This document shows, piece after piece, positions 39,201 through 51,896 of a stretch of DNA of 64,000 nt (position 1 is its first letter; every line of letters begins with the position of its first letter). The position numbers and the translations under genes are program-made. Origin of the DNA: Basidiobolus meristosporus CBS 931.73 (lineage: Eukaryota > Fungi > Basidiobolomycota). The stretch is taken from NCBI GenBank assembly GCA_002104905.1, contig MCFE01000088.1, positions 112,782 to 176,781 of the forward strand, given 5' to 3'. Under the pieces are notes generated by a model. The model searched no databases. It worked only from the letters and a program-made list of their open reading frames with translations, and was not told the origin of the DNA.

Positions 39201-39490
39201 AAGCTGAGTTTTCTTAGGAAAAACTGATGAAAGGTCGGATCTGTAGGAGATACAGGTGGGGTGTATTGATCGAGTGAAGATACAGAGCTTCGTCTCTCTG
39301 CATTATCTGAAGCCAAATTCAGTCCTACGGGGGAGGACAGGGTGAGTGTAGAGAGGGGAGCATTTAAAGTGTTGGTTTGGTCTTCTGGCTTATTACTATC
39401 AAAGGAATATGACTTTGATGTCTGATCGTAAGAAGTTGATCTCATAGTTCTAAGTGTAAGAGGCTTTGTGGTGCCCTGATAATAAGGCAT
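36256..39490 (-). CDS. Class I cyclic-nucleotide phosphodiesterase with an N-terminal pseudo-receiver domain and coiled coil; multi-exon
   Basis: PDEase_I motifs YHNFRHAFDV, HDLSHDG, LENFH, LATDM, KCADISN, WS..I.EEMF.QGD.E. Manually spliced 5' exons give KVLIYDED...YQLVIVSI...LPVIMM...GADDYVLKPV (REC fold). Confidence 0.88.
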
Positions 39491-40091
39491 CTTATAAGCA
39501 AGTCAAGTACCAAATAGATCAGTGAATAGTCTATCAAAAGTTATGGAATTAACAAGAAATTTGCATTATTTCAACGTGCTTGACGTTGTCTTCGGTGAAT
39601 CTTTGGCTGGTAAGTGAAGAATTGAAGCTCCAGAGACTAGTCAAGAGGGAATCCAGGTACACGGAAAGTATTTCAAGATTATTCATTGATCAATTCCACT
39701 GGTGTTCCAAAATGGGAGACCGGGTTACAAAAATGATTGAGTGCGCGTTGAAGAATCTGGATAGGACTGACACGTACCTCATGATATGAAACTAAAAGTG
39801 ATAACGATAACAAATATCCTATTGATCCACACTATGTAAATGATAACAAATCCTATTGATCCGCACTCTCTTGAGCCGATTTATTGGTTCTTGGATACAC
39901 CAGGTTTGACACTCACCCTGACCAATCAGACTCGACTGGAAAGTTCTCGCAGCAAAAAAGAAATCTGTCACCCAATGGCATAGTACAGATGAGCATATTT
40001 AGGGTTAGTCTGGACATGCATGCTCCCATGCACGATACCATGCACCTACCTGACCATTTGTAGCAAACCGAATAAATTAAGCAATGATCAT

Positions 40092-41517
40092 TTATTTCTT
40101 GCCCAACAATACCCGTTCTAGCTGCCAGCTTACGGGTGGTAGCGTTAAGATGATTTTAAGTGCAATGGTCATGGCCGGTAGAACCGCGCTAACCAAGCTG
40201 ATGGATGGTGGCTTTCCGGTGAGCACATTTTTCCAATACGGCGTGGTGATCAGCAAGTCGTGCGTGAATCCGATGCAAAGTGCCAGCCAGCCAAGACGGG
40301 ACTGGATGAAGCGCCATTCTCGCCAGCTCAGGCTGCTGGAAATACTTGGTAGCGAGGAGATGCATAATATCCCATACAGCAATATGGATAGATTGGCGAA
40401 GAACAGGCCGAGCTGGTCTTGGAATGTGAAGTGGCTTTGGAATGAATGGAATGAGACGATTGCTCCCATGCAGCCATGGATTAGAATCCCTGCGAAACCA
40501 AGGAGACCAAGGTTTTTTCGATGATTGAGCCAATGAGCTAGCCAGATCGGAAACGGCCTGGAGGCTGTGCCTCTCATCAGTTGCACGATGCTGGCCACAC
40601 AGCCAGCAAGATTGGTTACTGCAAACATGTTTATCGCGGTGCAGGCCACAATGCGATTCATCAGCTATACAGCATGGATTAGTGTATGATAAGTGAGAAG
40701 CATTTCGCTCCTACTTACGACGAGTGGAAAGTCGTTTATGGGGGACTTCTTGATTGCATACTCCGTAATGACAACATACAAGACAAATGCAAGATACACC
40801 ACCACAGCAAAGTAGAATGGGATTCTCCATTCTTCGAAGAACGCTAGCGGGAGTGCTTCGATCTCTCGAGCGTTTGACAAGGCACCGGAATTAACGGGTG
40901 TGTAGCTGAACTATATGCTTAGTACACGATCAAGTAACGAAGCAACATTGCTCTTACCCCATTATTTTCACGATGAGGGATGCTATATCATACGTTTCTA
41001 TGTGGTCGGTGCATATGTATACCTGCTGATTCACCTTGCGTACATCATTTTGCAGACTATACGCCGAGATAGTGTTAAACCCCTTCACAATTTTACTTCC
41101 AGGTAAAAGAACTTGGAGCCTTTCGGCAATGCAAAAGCCCCCTTCGAGGGATTCTTTGCGGTTACTTGGATTAGAAACGTCAATGATTGTCTTGCCCCCG
41201 AGCGCATCCCTAAACTGCTCGGCGAATGCCTTGTGGTGAGCCCAAGGAATGGTCAGAAAGATTGTGGAGCATGAAGAGATAACTTCTTCATGTGTCACTG
41301 CTTTGCAAGGAAGCTCGAACTCCACTTTGGTTGGGTCACGGGATCCAATCATGATGTCAATACCACATGCTACCAGCCGTACCGCCAGGGCGCGACCATA
41401 CCAGCCGGTCCCTATGATCCCTATTCTCGAGTCTTCAATCCTAAGAGTACTGGTGGTAACGACTGGTTTCTCATCCATGTCGATGAAGGAGGTGATGCGC
41501 CCATTCAGCTCGGTCAT
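40092..41517 (-). CDS. STEAP2-4-like metalloreductase (F420:NADP oxidoreductase-like domain plus ferric-reductase TM domain), multi-exon
   Basis: Rossmann IGIIGTGWYG..GSR, IIDVSN, VKGFNTISAYSLQ, linker GALSNAREIEALPL..W; TM part RKNLGLLGF...IH and SLPSISSSLSWREWRFIQSRLGWLAL...H, with both expected heme-ligand His. The start could be 41478. Confidence 0.82.
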
Positions 41518-42753
41518 TTGAAAGCTAGATCGCCTAAACAAAATTGATTGATGATTAGAAGGGCCACAGCGCTCTTATATACGTTTCAAGAGACACTGCT
41601 GCTTGAATCATAGGTTGCATTCACTAGCTCGTTTGTATATTCTCTTGTCACCTGTTACTGACAGGTACCTATCCGGATGACGATAAGCTCGCAACTCGCA
41701 ACTCGTATTTCTATCTTTACTCTCTTACACATGTCTGGTGAAATGAACCTTATTCCTCTGAAACGTAACCATTGATAGTAGATGCTAGCCTCCAATGGAT
41801 TTGTCCGCTTAATGCGAATGAATCATCGCCAGTGATGGTCCAGCCACGATATATTAGAGGCAAGATATGTCAATGGAGGTGGTATGCCAGATAAAGTAGT
41901 GTCTAAATGAAGACGGTATTGCAACTGGAGCAATATTTCCTCAATGCTCTCGTTCATTGACATCGCATCTGGCCTCCAATTCCCTCCTTCAGAAAACCCA
42001 TGGCCATGGTGTCAGTTCCCAAGCGAAAAACACGTTCTATGTTGAGTAACCACTGGCTGCATAAATAGATTTCATCAGCTACGAAATCCTTGGCTAGACT
42101 GGATCAACGTTTGGATGCCATACAAGGCTTAATATCTTCGCTATAAGCTGAGAGTATCTTCCCTAAAATGATCAGTGCTGTGACAGGATTGACATTGCCA
42201 AAATTGGTAAAATCTATCCTTAATTGTACTCCGCAACCGAGGTCGTTGATGATTGCTTCTAAGCAAACGGAGTATTTCACATTCTTCATGGAGCTTCTTC
42301 GCTTGCGCAGCTGTTGAAAAAACCAGTTGTGTTGTTAAATATAACCCGTTTGCTATATATATGAATACGTATGTTGAATGGCTGAGATTTGTTATTCATA
42401 TAGTGCTCTTCGGCAGCATCTTTAGATCATAACTCTCAGATATGGCAGTTATCAATCCGCACCATTACTATCCCCAATGTCACCATTCTACTCTCATAAG
42501 GATGTCATCCTTCGAGCTGGAAAATAATTAATAAGTCAATCGGATCACTTGACTGGATTCTGTGGATTCTGTGGCTGCCTTTAAAGATTGCATGTTGTCT
42601 GACTTTGGCGGAGTAGTAAAACGGGAGCACAGACACTGTAAGGAATATCAAAGTAGCCGTTTCATCACTGGCCGCAATATGCAGTAGAAAGCCTCGTGTT
42701 CCATATAAATCAGAACGACGCTTTGACGATCGTTATCATCGTTATCGTTCCCC

Positions 42754-43074
42754 ATGAAAATTAAGCTGCTCTGGTGTAATCTGGCTATACTGGGTCTTGC
42801 TGTTCGCTCTTATGCTTGGTGTGCTCCGTGGAAAAGCGGAAGTAGCATGTATGTCTGTAAGCATACTGGGAAGTCCAACTGCATCAATGTGAACAGTGGT
42901 GATTCATGTATAAACCTGACCGGGGGCCCGTTTGTCTCCGGATACTCTGCTGGGTCACACAAGTGTAAGGTATTCTCAGAGGTTGGCTGTAGAGGAAATG
43001 GATATGATGTAGACCGGTCTGGTTTTTCAAGATTTCCACAAGTAGCAAGATCGATAAAATGCCCCTGTGTTTAG
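42754..43074 (+). CDS. Small secreted cysteine-rich protein (106 aa), possible beta/gamma-crystallin-like fold
   Basis: ATG start, hydrophobic signal peptide, 8 Cys in the predicted mature part, motif CKVFSEVGCRG and terminal RSIKC; downstream AATAAA. Confidence 0.7.
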   Translation: MKIKLLWCNLAILGLAVRSYAWCAPWKSGSSMYVCKHTGKSNCINVNSGDSCINLTGGPFVSGYSAGSHKCKVFSEVGCRGNGYDVDRSGFSRFPQVARSIKCPCV

Positions 43075-44857
43075 TAACAATGTATGGAGATACACTACAT
43101 TGTCTAACATTGCATCAGTATCCCAAATAAAATTCTACATTCTATATGAGATATATGGAGCATTGTGAAGAGTTTGCGACTACAATATACACACTCATTA
43201 AGTACTCAATTCTTATTTGGATGGATCTCTACTTCCTTTGGGCTTAATATATACATAATTACCAGTTAATCCCGAAGCTCTTGACAAGTATTTTGCATGC
43301 ATATTATGATTTCATGTTCAGATGGTGCTTTGGAATCCTGCATGCATAAGCCGAAGGGTCCTTCCCCAAAATACAGAACTTACACTTAGAGTCACTTTGG
43401 ACTTCCATAGCTACTTGCCACATTACCCTCATATTCAATATGGTAATTGAGCTGATATAATGTGATTATTCAGGTCTCACCTGTATACGGAGCATTTGCA
43501 GTAGAGTTGATCAGCCAAACATCAACATAAGACTGTATCAAAATGCCACTAACAAATTAGAAGTAACATTCAATGCTGCTGTCTACAGCCATAATATCAA
43601 GTGGATTACAAGCAATGTTCAGGTGTGGTACATAGAAGTGTAAAGCTGGCTACCAAGAATAATTTTGGCGTCCGATTATACGTATACAACTACATCCAAC
43701 CATCTATGTATATAATTCTTGTCATAAAGAAAAGCAGGAAACATCCCAACGCTTAACATAAAGCATGATATTGTTGGCGGGGGATTTTTTTACACTGAAC
43801 ACTTTGTATATCATTCTACAGTCTAACTTTGATATGACACCAACTAGCCAAGAAATTATGCTTAATATATAATCAGCTAAAAATTCGTAACACACTTTTG
43901 TGCGCTATTTCTCATGCAATTATGCATTATGTACTAGATGTGGGGCAAATATAATGGCCGTCGTGCCTGCTTACCGCCAATAATCGAAAGAATCCACGAA
44001 AATAGTACAGTAATGTTTATAGCCACGCTGATCAAGTACTTCGGTAGCTTCGTCGAACCCGAGAGGAGCTCAAACAACAAGGGGTATCATGATTTTTATT
44101 TTATATAAAAACCAACGCTGATGTCCCAGTCCGTAAATCTGGAGTTATGTACTATACACCCTATAATTTGGTGAAAGAACGATATCTGGTAACGGAGAGA
44201 TATGAAAAACTGGTAAAGCCTGTACGACCGCGTTTACGCTGTGCTTTATTGCAATTCCAGTTCGAATCAACTATTGTATCAGATGATGCGATGTTGGATT
44301 ATCAGTTGTGCAAGGTTTTGTTCATTCTTGGCTATTCTTGAAGCTCAGCCCTGACCCACAGCACGAAGACTTTACGTGATATCGATTTTCATTTTTCAAT
44401 CTTTAACACACGTGAGCTTAACATGGTGATCATTGCTATATTTGTAATGAATACCGTTTTAACATACCTTTGTGGGAAAATTAGACGATCTTTCGTTCAC
44501 ATTGATCTACGTAGTAATTCCAAGAATTCTCCGATTCATATGAGCCGCAGCAGAGCTTTTCTAAGGATGAGATTGTCAGTGTACATTCGCACACGACTCT
44601 GATTAGTGCAAGTGGTGATACCTACAGTTATGAAGCGATGCTTGGACCCTCTTATGTGAGAAAGCTACAGAGCATGTGTACGACCGAGTTGATTTTGGCC
44701 ATGGACCTTTGAGCAGTAAGACTCAGCTATATATAACTCGAGTTTTGAAACCCAGGAGAGTGTACTAACTTTCACAATATACAGTAACCGTAAGTTTTCC
44801 TTTCTTTTCTGTTCGTACAATGTTGCTGAACCGCACTGTCCTCTAGTCTTAGCAATC

Positions 44858-45148
44858 ATGAAGATTTCCGCCGCCATCGCCCTCCTTGCATGTACTCTTA
44901 CTGTCGATGCTGCTTGCGAATTCAAGGTCTACACAAATGCCGACTGTACTGGTTACCGATTCTCCCATATATCCAACCAGTGTCAATCACTCGACACCCC
45001 AGCCAGATGTGCTTCAGGCAGCGGTTGTGCTGTCACTGACTGTATCACCCTGTGGGCCAAAGACAACAGAACCGTCAGATGCTGTGGAAACGGAAATTGC
45101 TATAGTAGCTTGGAAACCTACAAGACCTGTAAAGGTGGCAGATGCTGA
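44858..45148 (+). CDS. Small secreted cysteine-rich protein (96 aa)
   Basis: Signal peptide MKISAAIALLACTLTVDA, 11 Cys in the mature part, motif CEFKVYTNADCTG, AATAAA about 20 nt after the stop. Confidence 0.72.
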   Translation: MKISAAIALLACTLTVDAACEFKVYTNADCTGYRFSHISNQCQSLDTPARCASGSGCAVTDCITLWAKDNRTVRCCGNGNCYSSLETYKTCKGGRC

Positions 45149-46239
45149 TCACTCGTTCAAATCGAATTTAATAAAGTCGGCGTTAACCTGAAGGAATGTT
45201 TTGGAGAATATATATTGGTATGATTGGTAACTGTTCTTTTGACTCATTCAAAACATGAAGTGTTGCATGGTCCTATCTATGGATGGCGACTTCGCTAAGC
45301 TTGGCAGTCCCTCACTCACTCAAGGTATATCGGAAACACATTCAACACCAAATGATTAACCGAGAAACTTATCAAACTTATCGAGCGTCATACTTCCCCA
45401 AATTCCTTCCTCACTCTAAAAATCCGGGCTTCATTAATTGGAGGAAGGTCAACTAGAGGCACAGAAATTGCTAGCAGAATTCATATCAAGGTCCATTGGT
45501 TTGTATTCTGCTCGGACTTTGCTCCATATGGAATACCACTTGATTGTTAACGTATTCCAGACGATGCCACTCCTACTGCCATCAACCCCGATAGCCCATT
45601 CAGCCAAGTTTGATCTGTTTAACTTTGCTCAGCTGCTCTACACTTAGTCTGGAGTGCCACTACTGGGATGCGCATGAGAAATTTTGGATCCTTTGTGCAA
45701 CAGTGGTACACCGGTTTCTTCCCCATTATAGTTACAGTATCTATAACCTCCGCCTTGTTGAATGCCCGACCGAACGTTGTTGTAGGCGGAGAGCTGTGAG
45801 CTTGGTATCACCTGGTCTGGGACAACACACTTTTGTAACGCATATGGTCCAACTGGGGTTACTGTAACTCTTCTTCAAGCGGATGAGCGTTTCAACATAG
45901 GAACAGTGATAGGTGAGTGGAGCTATATGACTATCGAATTCACACTTTTAGCATCACCCATTGGTAGCATTGTTTACAAGATGAAATATCAATGACCAAA
46001 GGACCAGGTTTAGGTCTTTGTCAAACAATGCTTCTACCCAAACAATCGGGTGCTTTCTGGTGACTAATGCGTGCTCATCAACCTTGTTGCAGAAGTGTTG
46101 CATCATCCCAAGCATCGTAGTTTTCTTGTGGAAAAGTTCACTCTCTTTGCAGTAGCGCATGCCAACATCATCACCACTCATCCTTGTCGATGATATCCTA
46201 GGTGCCATTTAACTATCAAGTAGTAAATTACTATTGATT

Positions 46240-46505
46240 TGTAGTAAATTTCGTATTTACATCAATACAAGTTAATCTATGGACTTTATCTTCTCAGTCA
46301 GGATCTACTTGGAACATTTCTCACCAGAATGTCAGGTACCCAGAATAGGATTTTCTCCAGGTTGTCCAAAGACCCGGAGCTTTGCATATGTGTTCTCGGG
46401 GCCTTCCTAAAAAGTGTTCATTTGTTAGTTTTGCCAAGACCTTGTAGAATACAAAGCCCACTTTTGCATCTAATAAACTACAAAGTGAAAGATACATAAT
46501 GTACT
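46240..46505 (+). mobile_element. Degenerate partial LTR of the Copia family seen at 52992-53340
   Basis: Alignable by eye to 51280-51626 (caggtaccc.gaat, gttgtccaaa, tttgca.a.tgt..t.ggg.ccttccta, ttgccaaga, taataaa, acataat). Confidence 0.55.
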
Positions 46506-46647
46506 AAAGCTCTGTTGGATGTACTTTGGTTCATGCTCAGTTTGGATGGAGGATTTGGGTATCCACAAGGTTAAGGTTATGGTGATTAAATTCAGCAGAA
46601 TTAAATTGGTATATTGGGGTATAATCACTGGTATCTATTTTATACGG

Positions 46648-46689
46648 TGCTATTTCGTTGCTATTTCGTTGCTATTTCGTTGCTATTTT
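46648..46689. repeat. Short tandem repeat (TGCTATTTCGT) about 3.8 units
   Basis: tgctatttcgt occurs three times, followed by tgctatttt. Confidence 0.8.
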
Positions 46690-46839
46690 ATACCTTGTAT
46701 TTATGACCAAATCAATCAATTCTCGCCCTGGTGAGGTGCACGATCCAAGGCTACGTATGAGTTTACTTGTCTTTAATCCTTATTTGGCGAACATGTCGGC
46801 CGATTCAAAGCATTGGACTCTAGTGGCTGGTAAGCGCAC

Positions 46840-49800
46840 TCAAACCATTTGCGTCCAATTCCTAGGAATGTCAATACCAACCAATTCTTGTACAACTTCG
46901 ACCAACTTCTGCAGTTCCATAACAAATGCTGTATTGTAGAGGAAAAATGAGGCGAAGACACTAAATAAAAGCTTAATATCCCTGGAATCTATCATCGATC
47001 ATAGATACACTTACATAAAATCAGGGTCCTTGAGACGTGTATATTGGAAGCTGGGCAATGTAGATTGGGCCAGAGCATCTTTGGGATAGCAGAGGTATGG
47101 TGGAAATGAGATTTTAGCCGCCAGCCCAGCAGAGACATGCTTGAATCCGGCCAGTACAGTGGCAACCTAAAATGAAGGCATACGTACTAAGATTGCATAT
47201 CACGCAGTATCTTTGAGTGATAGGTTCTATTTACGTAATTATTGCGGGGTTCCTTTGTCTTCAAGGACAGTTCAGCACGCCATTCCGGTGATAATTTTTC
47301 TAACGAGAGTTCCTAGAATAACCTTTTTAAGCAAATGACAAACACAAAAGAGACAACAGTCAAACTTACAACAGCATGTAGTACGTGTGTCATATTCTCC
47401 ACATACTCGAGTATTTTTGCATATTTGTCACGTGGATATTTACCGCGAAGAGGTGGTTCATACTTTGTGTGCACGAGGAGAACTTTTTCCGCGGCAATTT
47501 GCTGTTGTATATTCACCACTAGTTTCTGAAAGTTTTTCCTGTACCTCTCAGTGAAGAGACCCTCTGGAGACCAATTTTCTATCATATCTCCCAGAGATGC
47601 ATACAGTGTGCTTATATCACGAACAGTATGGGAAAGTCTAAGTCTCAATGCAACACGTCCTGTAGTAGGGGGTGGTATGCAGTACATTATAGAAGCAGCT
47701 ACTACACCAATTACGACCATTAGGCATCGCTGCAGCAGAGGGACGTAAGTAAAGGATTTCATTTGGGAACAAAATCTACTTACCATTCCTGCCACCATCC
47801 ACACAGGATCCGGATTATCATCTAGAACGTAATGGTATCGATATACAACAACCTATATATTCCTGGTCAGTGAATCATCCGGATATCGAAGGTTGAACAC
47901 TCACCAAACAGAGTGTAATCTGCGTCATCAGGACTGCTACTCGCCAAAATGGTTTGAAGAAGAAAACGTGATATAGTGCGTAATTAACGATGAACATGAC
48001 CACGCAGAGAGCATACGATACTCCCTGGCAGATCTCCCAAATGACTATTGCACCGACCACTCCAGCCACCGTACCAATCAGACGAAGCAAAAATCTACAA
48101 ACCAGACCTAGTTAATGATAGCAACCATTGAAGGCAAAGCAAATATTACCCTAGGATCTGCAAACCGGAGCTTGGAAACATCCAAAACACAAGAGTAATA
48201 GCAGCCCACTGACCGACCCATTTGTTGTACCATTCAGCAGAGTTAGGAAAATATGCTGGAAGCGACAGAAGAACGCACCCAATGGATGTTTTCAAGACAG
48301 TAAGAATTTCTGGGCAGAATAGCCAGAGGTTGAACTGATAAAGTTTGTGGAAGAACACTTCACATCGTGACGCCGGTGCAAGAGCATCTGGATCGCGCCA
48401 ACGGAGGTTACCAGCATAATCATGCTCCAAAGAAGATGGTCCCAAAGTGGTGTCGAGTGAGCTTGATGGTCTATCCATGCATTGGTCTTGTTCGGCTCTT
48501 TGACCCAATTGACTGTCCTTAGCGGTAACATCCTCATTAGTGGTGTCTCCCTTGATCCATTTTTGAAATGCCATATTTGGCCACGAGATCCGTCTTTTGA
48601 TCCTCGTTTCTTCCAAAGATGCTATGAAGTCTGCTACTTTCAACACGCTTTCCGTGTACTCATAAAGGTTGTATTGAAACAATAGTGGTAATAACATTGC
48701 GTTGTGTTGACACCTCTGTGGATCTGGGAATAAGATGGCCATTTCTCGAGCCCTAAGTTCCTCAAATATTTGAATCGCCTCCCTTAGCTTCTGCCCTAAT
48801 CGAGGTTTTGGAGCCTCGTCGTCAACCTGTGCAGCATTTGTAGGAAGTTGTCCATCAGCTAGGCGATTGTGCTCTCCACTGTTCATGTTACTCAGACATT
48901 TGACGCATTCTGATAGTGTAGATGTGCACTCTAAAACTAACGCACTACATATTGGTCTGAGTGTGCGCAATATACTCGTGTATTTTTCTAGAAACTCCAC
49001 TTCGGTAGTTGGATCAACTTTCTCCTCGGTGCTAGCTAGCCACTGGTAATAGTTTGCTTGAGTTCGGACGCTGTACATATCCTGCTCCATGATCCTGCTC
49101 AGACTAATGCCATGCAAAGGAGCAGTCATTGACTTGATGATATCGGTTAAATGACTAAAGTCTTTTGCCTGCAACTTGGAGTAAAGGATTTCACGGTGAA
49201 CGGCATGCTTCATTTCAATCAGCGACAGAACATCTCCTTGAAGCTGCTGGCCAATAATGGACAAGGGTGGTACAGCCTCGTCCGCTGCAGCCTCTATGTC
49301 TCGTAAAAATACCTCCGATTGCAGAGTGAGCAGCTTATTGAATGAGTGGCAAGTTTTGGCCAGCCTATCTAGATAATTGTTGATGGTGTATTCCGGCCAC
49401 AGTACAACGCCAACAACGAGAGACACACCAATACCAACCATGGTTGGTATAACCATGGTCCACTTAAATAAAGGAATGGGTAAGAATGCAACCGATAGTA
49501 AGACATAGCCTTCTGTAACTTAACATACAACAATCGTGGGTACAAACCCTGGAACCGCTGCTGCAGATGTCAATGCCAAGATAAGGATTATGGAGCCCAA
49601 TATACCACCGAAATTCACTTCATATTGCGATTAGAGAGTTATGATACATGAATACGCAAAGTATTATTATAAAGCACTAACTCTTTGGATAAGCCGTTCT
49701 GAGCCAATTAAAAAAAAAGGTTCCCACAAATAGAAATACTGCTAAAATGGCCCCATTGCTTATTTGGAAGGGACTTGGCTTGGTGGGATCCCGAGAAAGG

Positions 49801-50241
49801 TTTGCAAGATACATACCTAATGTAATAATAAGTCAGCATCGTACAGAAGGAAGGTATTCTTAGTGAGATGTACCGAGAAAACTCCAAGCAGCACCGATCA
49901 TGACACCTAGGCCACTAAAGATTGTTGTCTTGTTAAATCTTCTACGTTAGAGGTTTGCGGGGGTAATGGTATAGTTATCAACTACTCACCTCTAGCTGTA
50001 GTCCGACTGGTTTAACTGGACACGTAAATATCGCTGCCAGGAAGACCAAGAAATCGCCTTGGCCAATACCTTTGCTGGTGACCAGATCAAATATTAACAC
50101 CAAGGTAACAGTTAATGCAATATCTGCCTTCAGCACTTTCTTGAACTGGGCATAGCCCGGACAGATTGCCCTTAGCTTTACGAGGAGACCACGCTTGGGT
50201 GGTATAGATTCTGATATTTCTTTACCAGCTCGAAGATTCAT
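46840..50241 (-). CDS. Aromatic-acid-exporter/FUSC-family multi-pass membrane protein (Bre4/YGL140C-like), multi-exon
   Basis: TM-rich exons: VLKADIALTV, GVSLVVGVVLWPE, RDPDALAP, LSLPAYFP..AEWY...GQWA, RLIGTVAG.V, LLVHTKYEPPLRGKYP..KY; last exon ends in a stop at 46840. Confidence 0.78.
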
Positions 50242-51279
50242 TCTATCACAACCAGCAGGAGTTGGTCAAGGTGGAATTTCTTGCTTATTTGCCAAGAATA
50301 AGAACTGCGTGAAGTCAGAGGATTTATATAAGGAAATCCTCCGAACCAAATGAGTCTGATGTGTGTCGATCAATCTAGTCCTTTTCTGATGACAAAATCA
50401 GCCACTCCCTGCATGCTTCCCTGCAAATGGATTGGGTAAACCATCAATCATGACATTGGTAAAGCATCAGCTTTCACTGTTGTTTAGGTCATTTTACTAG
50501 TAAAACTTGGTAAATCGCAAAATACAATTACTTCTTGTTGACACTGTTGTAATATCTCCTCTTGACTGTACTCCTAACATGCAACAAATGCCAACAGACG
50601 GATCTTGGGATAGGTTGCAAGGGTTTTCCCGGGAATAATCAAGTTCTACTGGCAATCACTCCAAATTTGGGGTCAGATATGGTATTAGAATTTTGATTGG
50701 AATAATGTCCAAAAAATAATCTTCCTGTCTCGGTACGTGCGGGGAACAATTAAGGACACTGAGATAGGAAGGACGGGATTAAAACGGTACCAGGGTTTAC
50801 GCATCCCGAAATACCATAGTAGAAGAGTGGGGCGCACCTTTTTTTAAGTTCAGAACATTCGATAAAATACCGGGGGATGAGTTTAAGCAGGCGGATAAGA
50901 TGGCCATCCGTAGCAGCAAGTTTGAACATATGCTGGATTAGATGTATTTCTTTCAGCCTCGAAAATTTGCCGATATTACTGAGAAATCTCTCCACAGGCG
51001 GTGTCTGTTAAGAATTTTATCCTGACTACTGTACACGTTTGTATGTGAATCCATCTCGGACAAAATTATTCTTACTAGTTATGAGATGTGCTTAAAACGC
51101 TCCAGTTACATTGGCTATTTGATTGTCCCCTTGGCACCTTGAAAGTACGGCTTTCAAAAGCCTTCATTTCGATTGTAATTTCCCTACTTATGTTTCTCTG
51201 GAGGCTTACAATCCTGACAACGTCCTATTTGCTATAGGGCTTTTGGACTATTATCTCCCCGAGCACCAGACTGCTGTTA

Positions 51280-51626
51280 GTTGCAAATTTTGTAATTACA
51301 CCTAAATATTCACCTAACTTGGTCACTTAGATTATTGTCAGCAAATCTTAGAGAATTCTGGCCAAATTCCTTGTCGGAATTTACCAAGAATATTTCACCA
51401 AAACATCAGGTACCCGGAATATGAAATATTGGTAAGTTGTCCAAACAGCCCGAAACTTTGCACACATGTCCTTGGGACCTTCCTAGGCATGCTCTATGTG
51501 TTTGTCTTTGCCAAGATCATGCAAAAGTATAATCACTACTTTCATACTCAATAAATCATTAAGTAAGAACCACATAATATATTAGTTTTCCCAATCACTT
51601 CCAGTATCTCGAAAACTTCTACAACA
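51280..51626 (+). mobile_element. Copia-family LTR (solo or remnant)
   Basis: Reverse complement of LTR 52992-53340; ends ...TACAACA at 51626; the left boundary is approximate and no TSD was seen. Confidence 0.68.
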
Positions 51627-51709
51627 ATTTATGAGACCCAAGCTGTCACTCTCTGGAGTGTCTAATGCTGATATTACAGAAATTTTTCCTGCTGCCTAAA
51701 AGTTGGATG

Positions 51710-51865
51710 TGTTGTGAGTTTTGTATTACACCTAAATATTCACCTAACTTAGTTGTGTTGACCATTATCTACAAAACTGTAGAGAATTCTGGCCAAATTC
51801 CTTGCTGGGATTTACAAAGGATATTTTCATCAAAACATCAGGCACTAAGAACATCCAATTTCCTC
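51710..51865 (+). mobile_element. Partial Copia-family LTR (5' half)
   Basis: Starts TGTTGT and matches acacctaaatattcacctaactt...agagaattctggccaaattccttg of the 51280 copy. Confidence 0.6.
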
Positions 51866-51896
51866 AAAGTTACCAAGCAATCCCACTTTGGGGGGG

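Noticed and set aside
41700-42300. Short minus-strand ORF 42104-42289 and nearby sequence as a gene or TE relic
   Set aside because: No recognisable motif or splice pattern; cannot be supported without a search.
45400-46210. ORFs 45438-45647 and 45954-46208 (weak resemblance of LIFHLVNNA to a histidine-kinase N-box)
   Set aside because: The resemblance is too short, no G-boxes follow, and the starts are non-ATG or unsupported.
50750-50995. Possible LRR/F-box fragment (LSNIGKFSRLKEIHL)
   Set aside because: Only one LRR-like turn and no supporting exons were identified.
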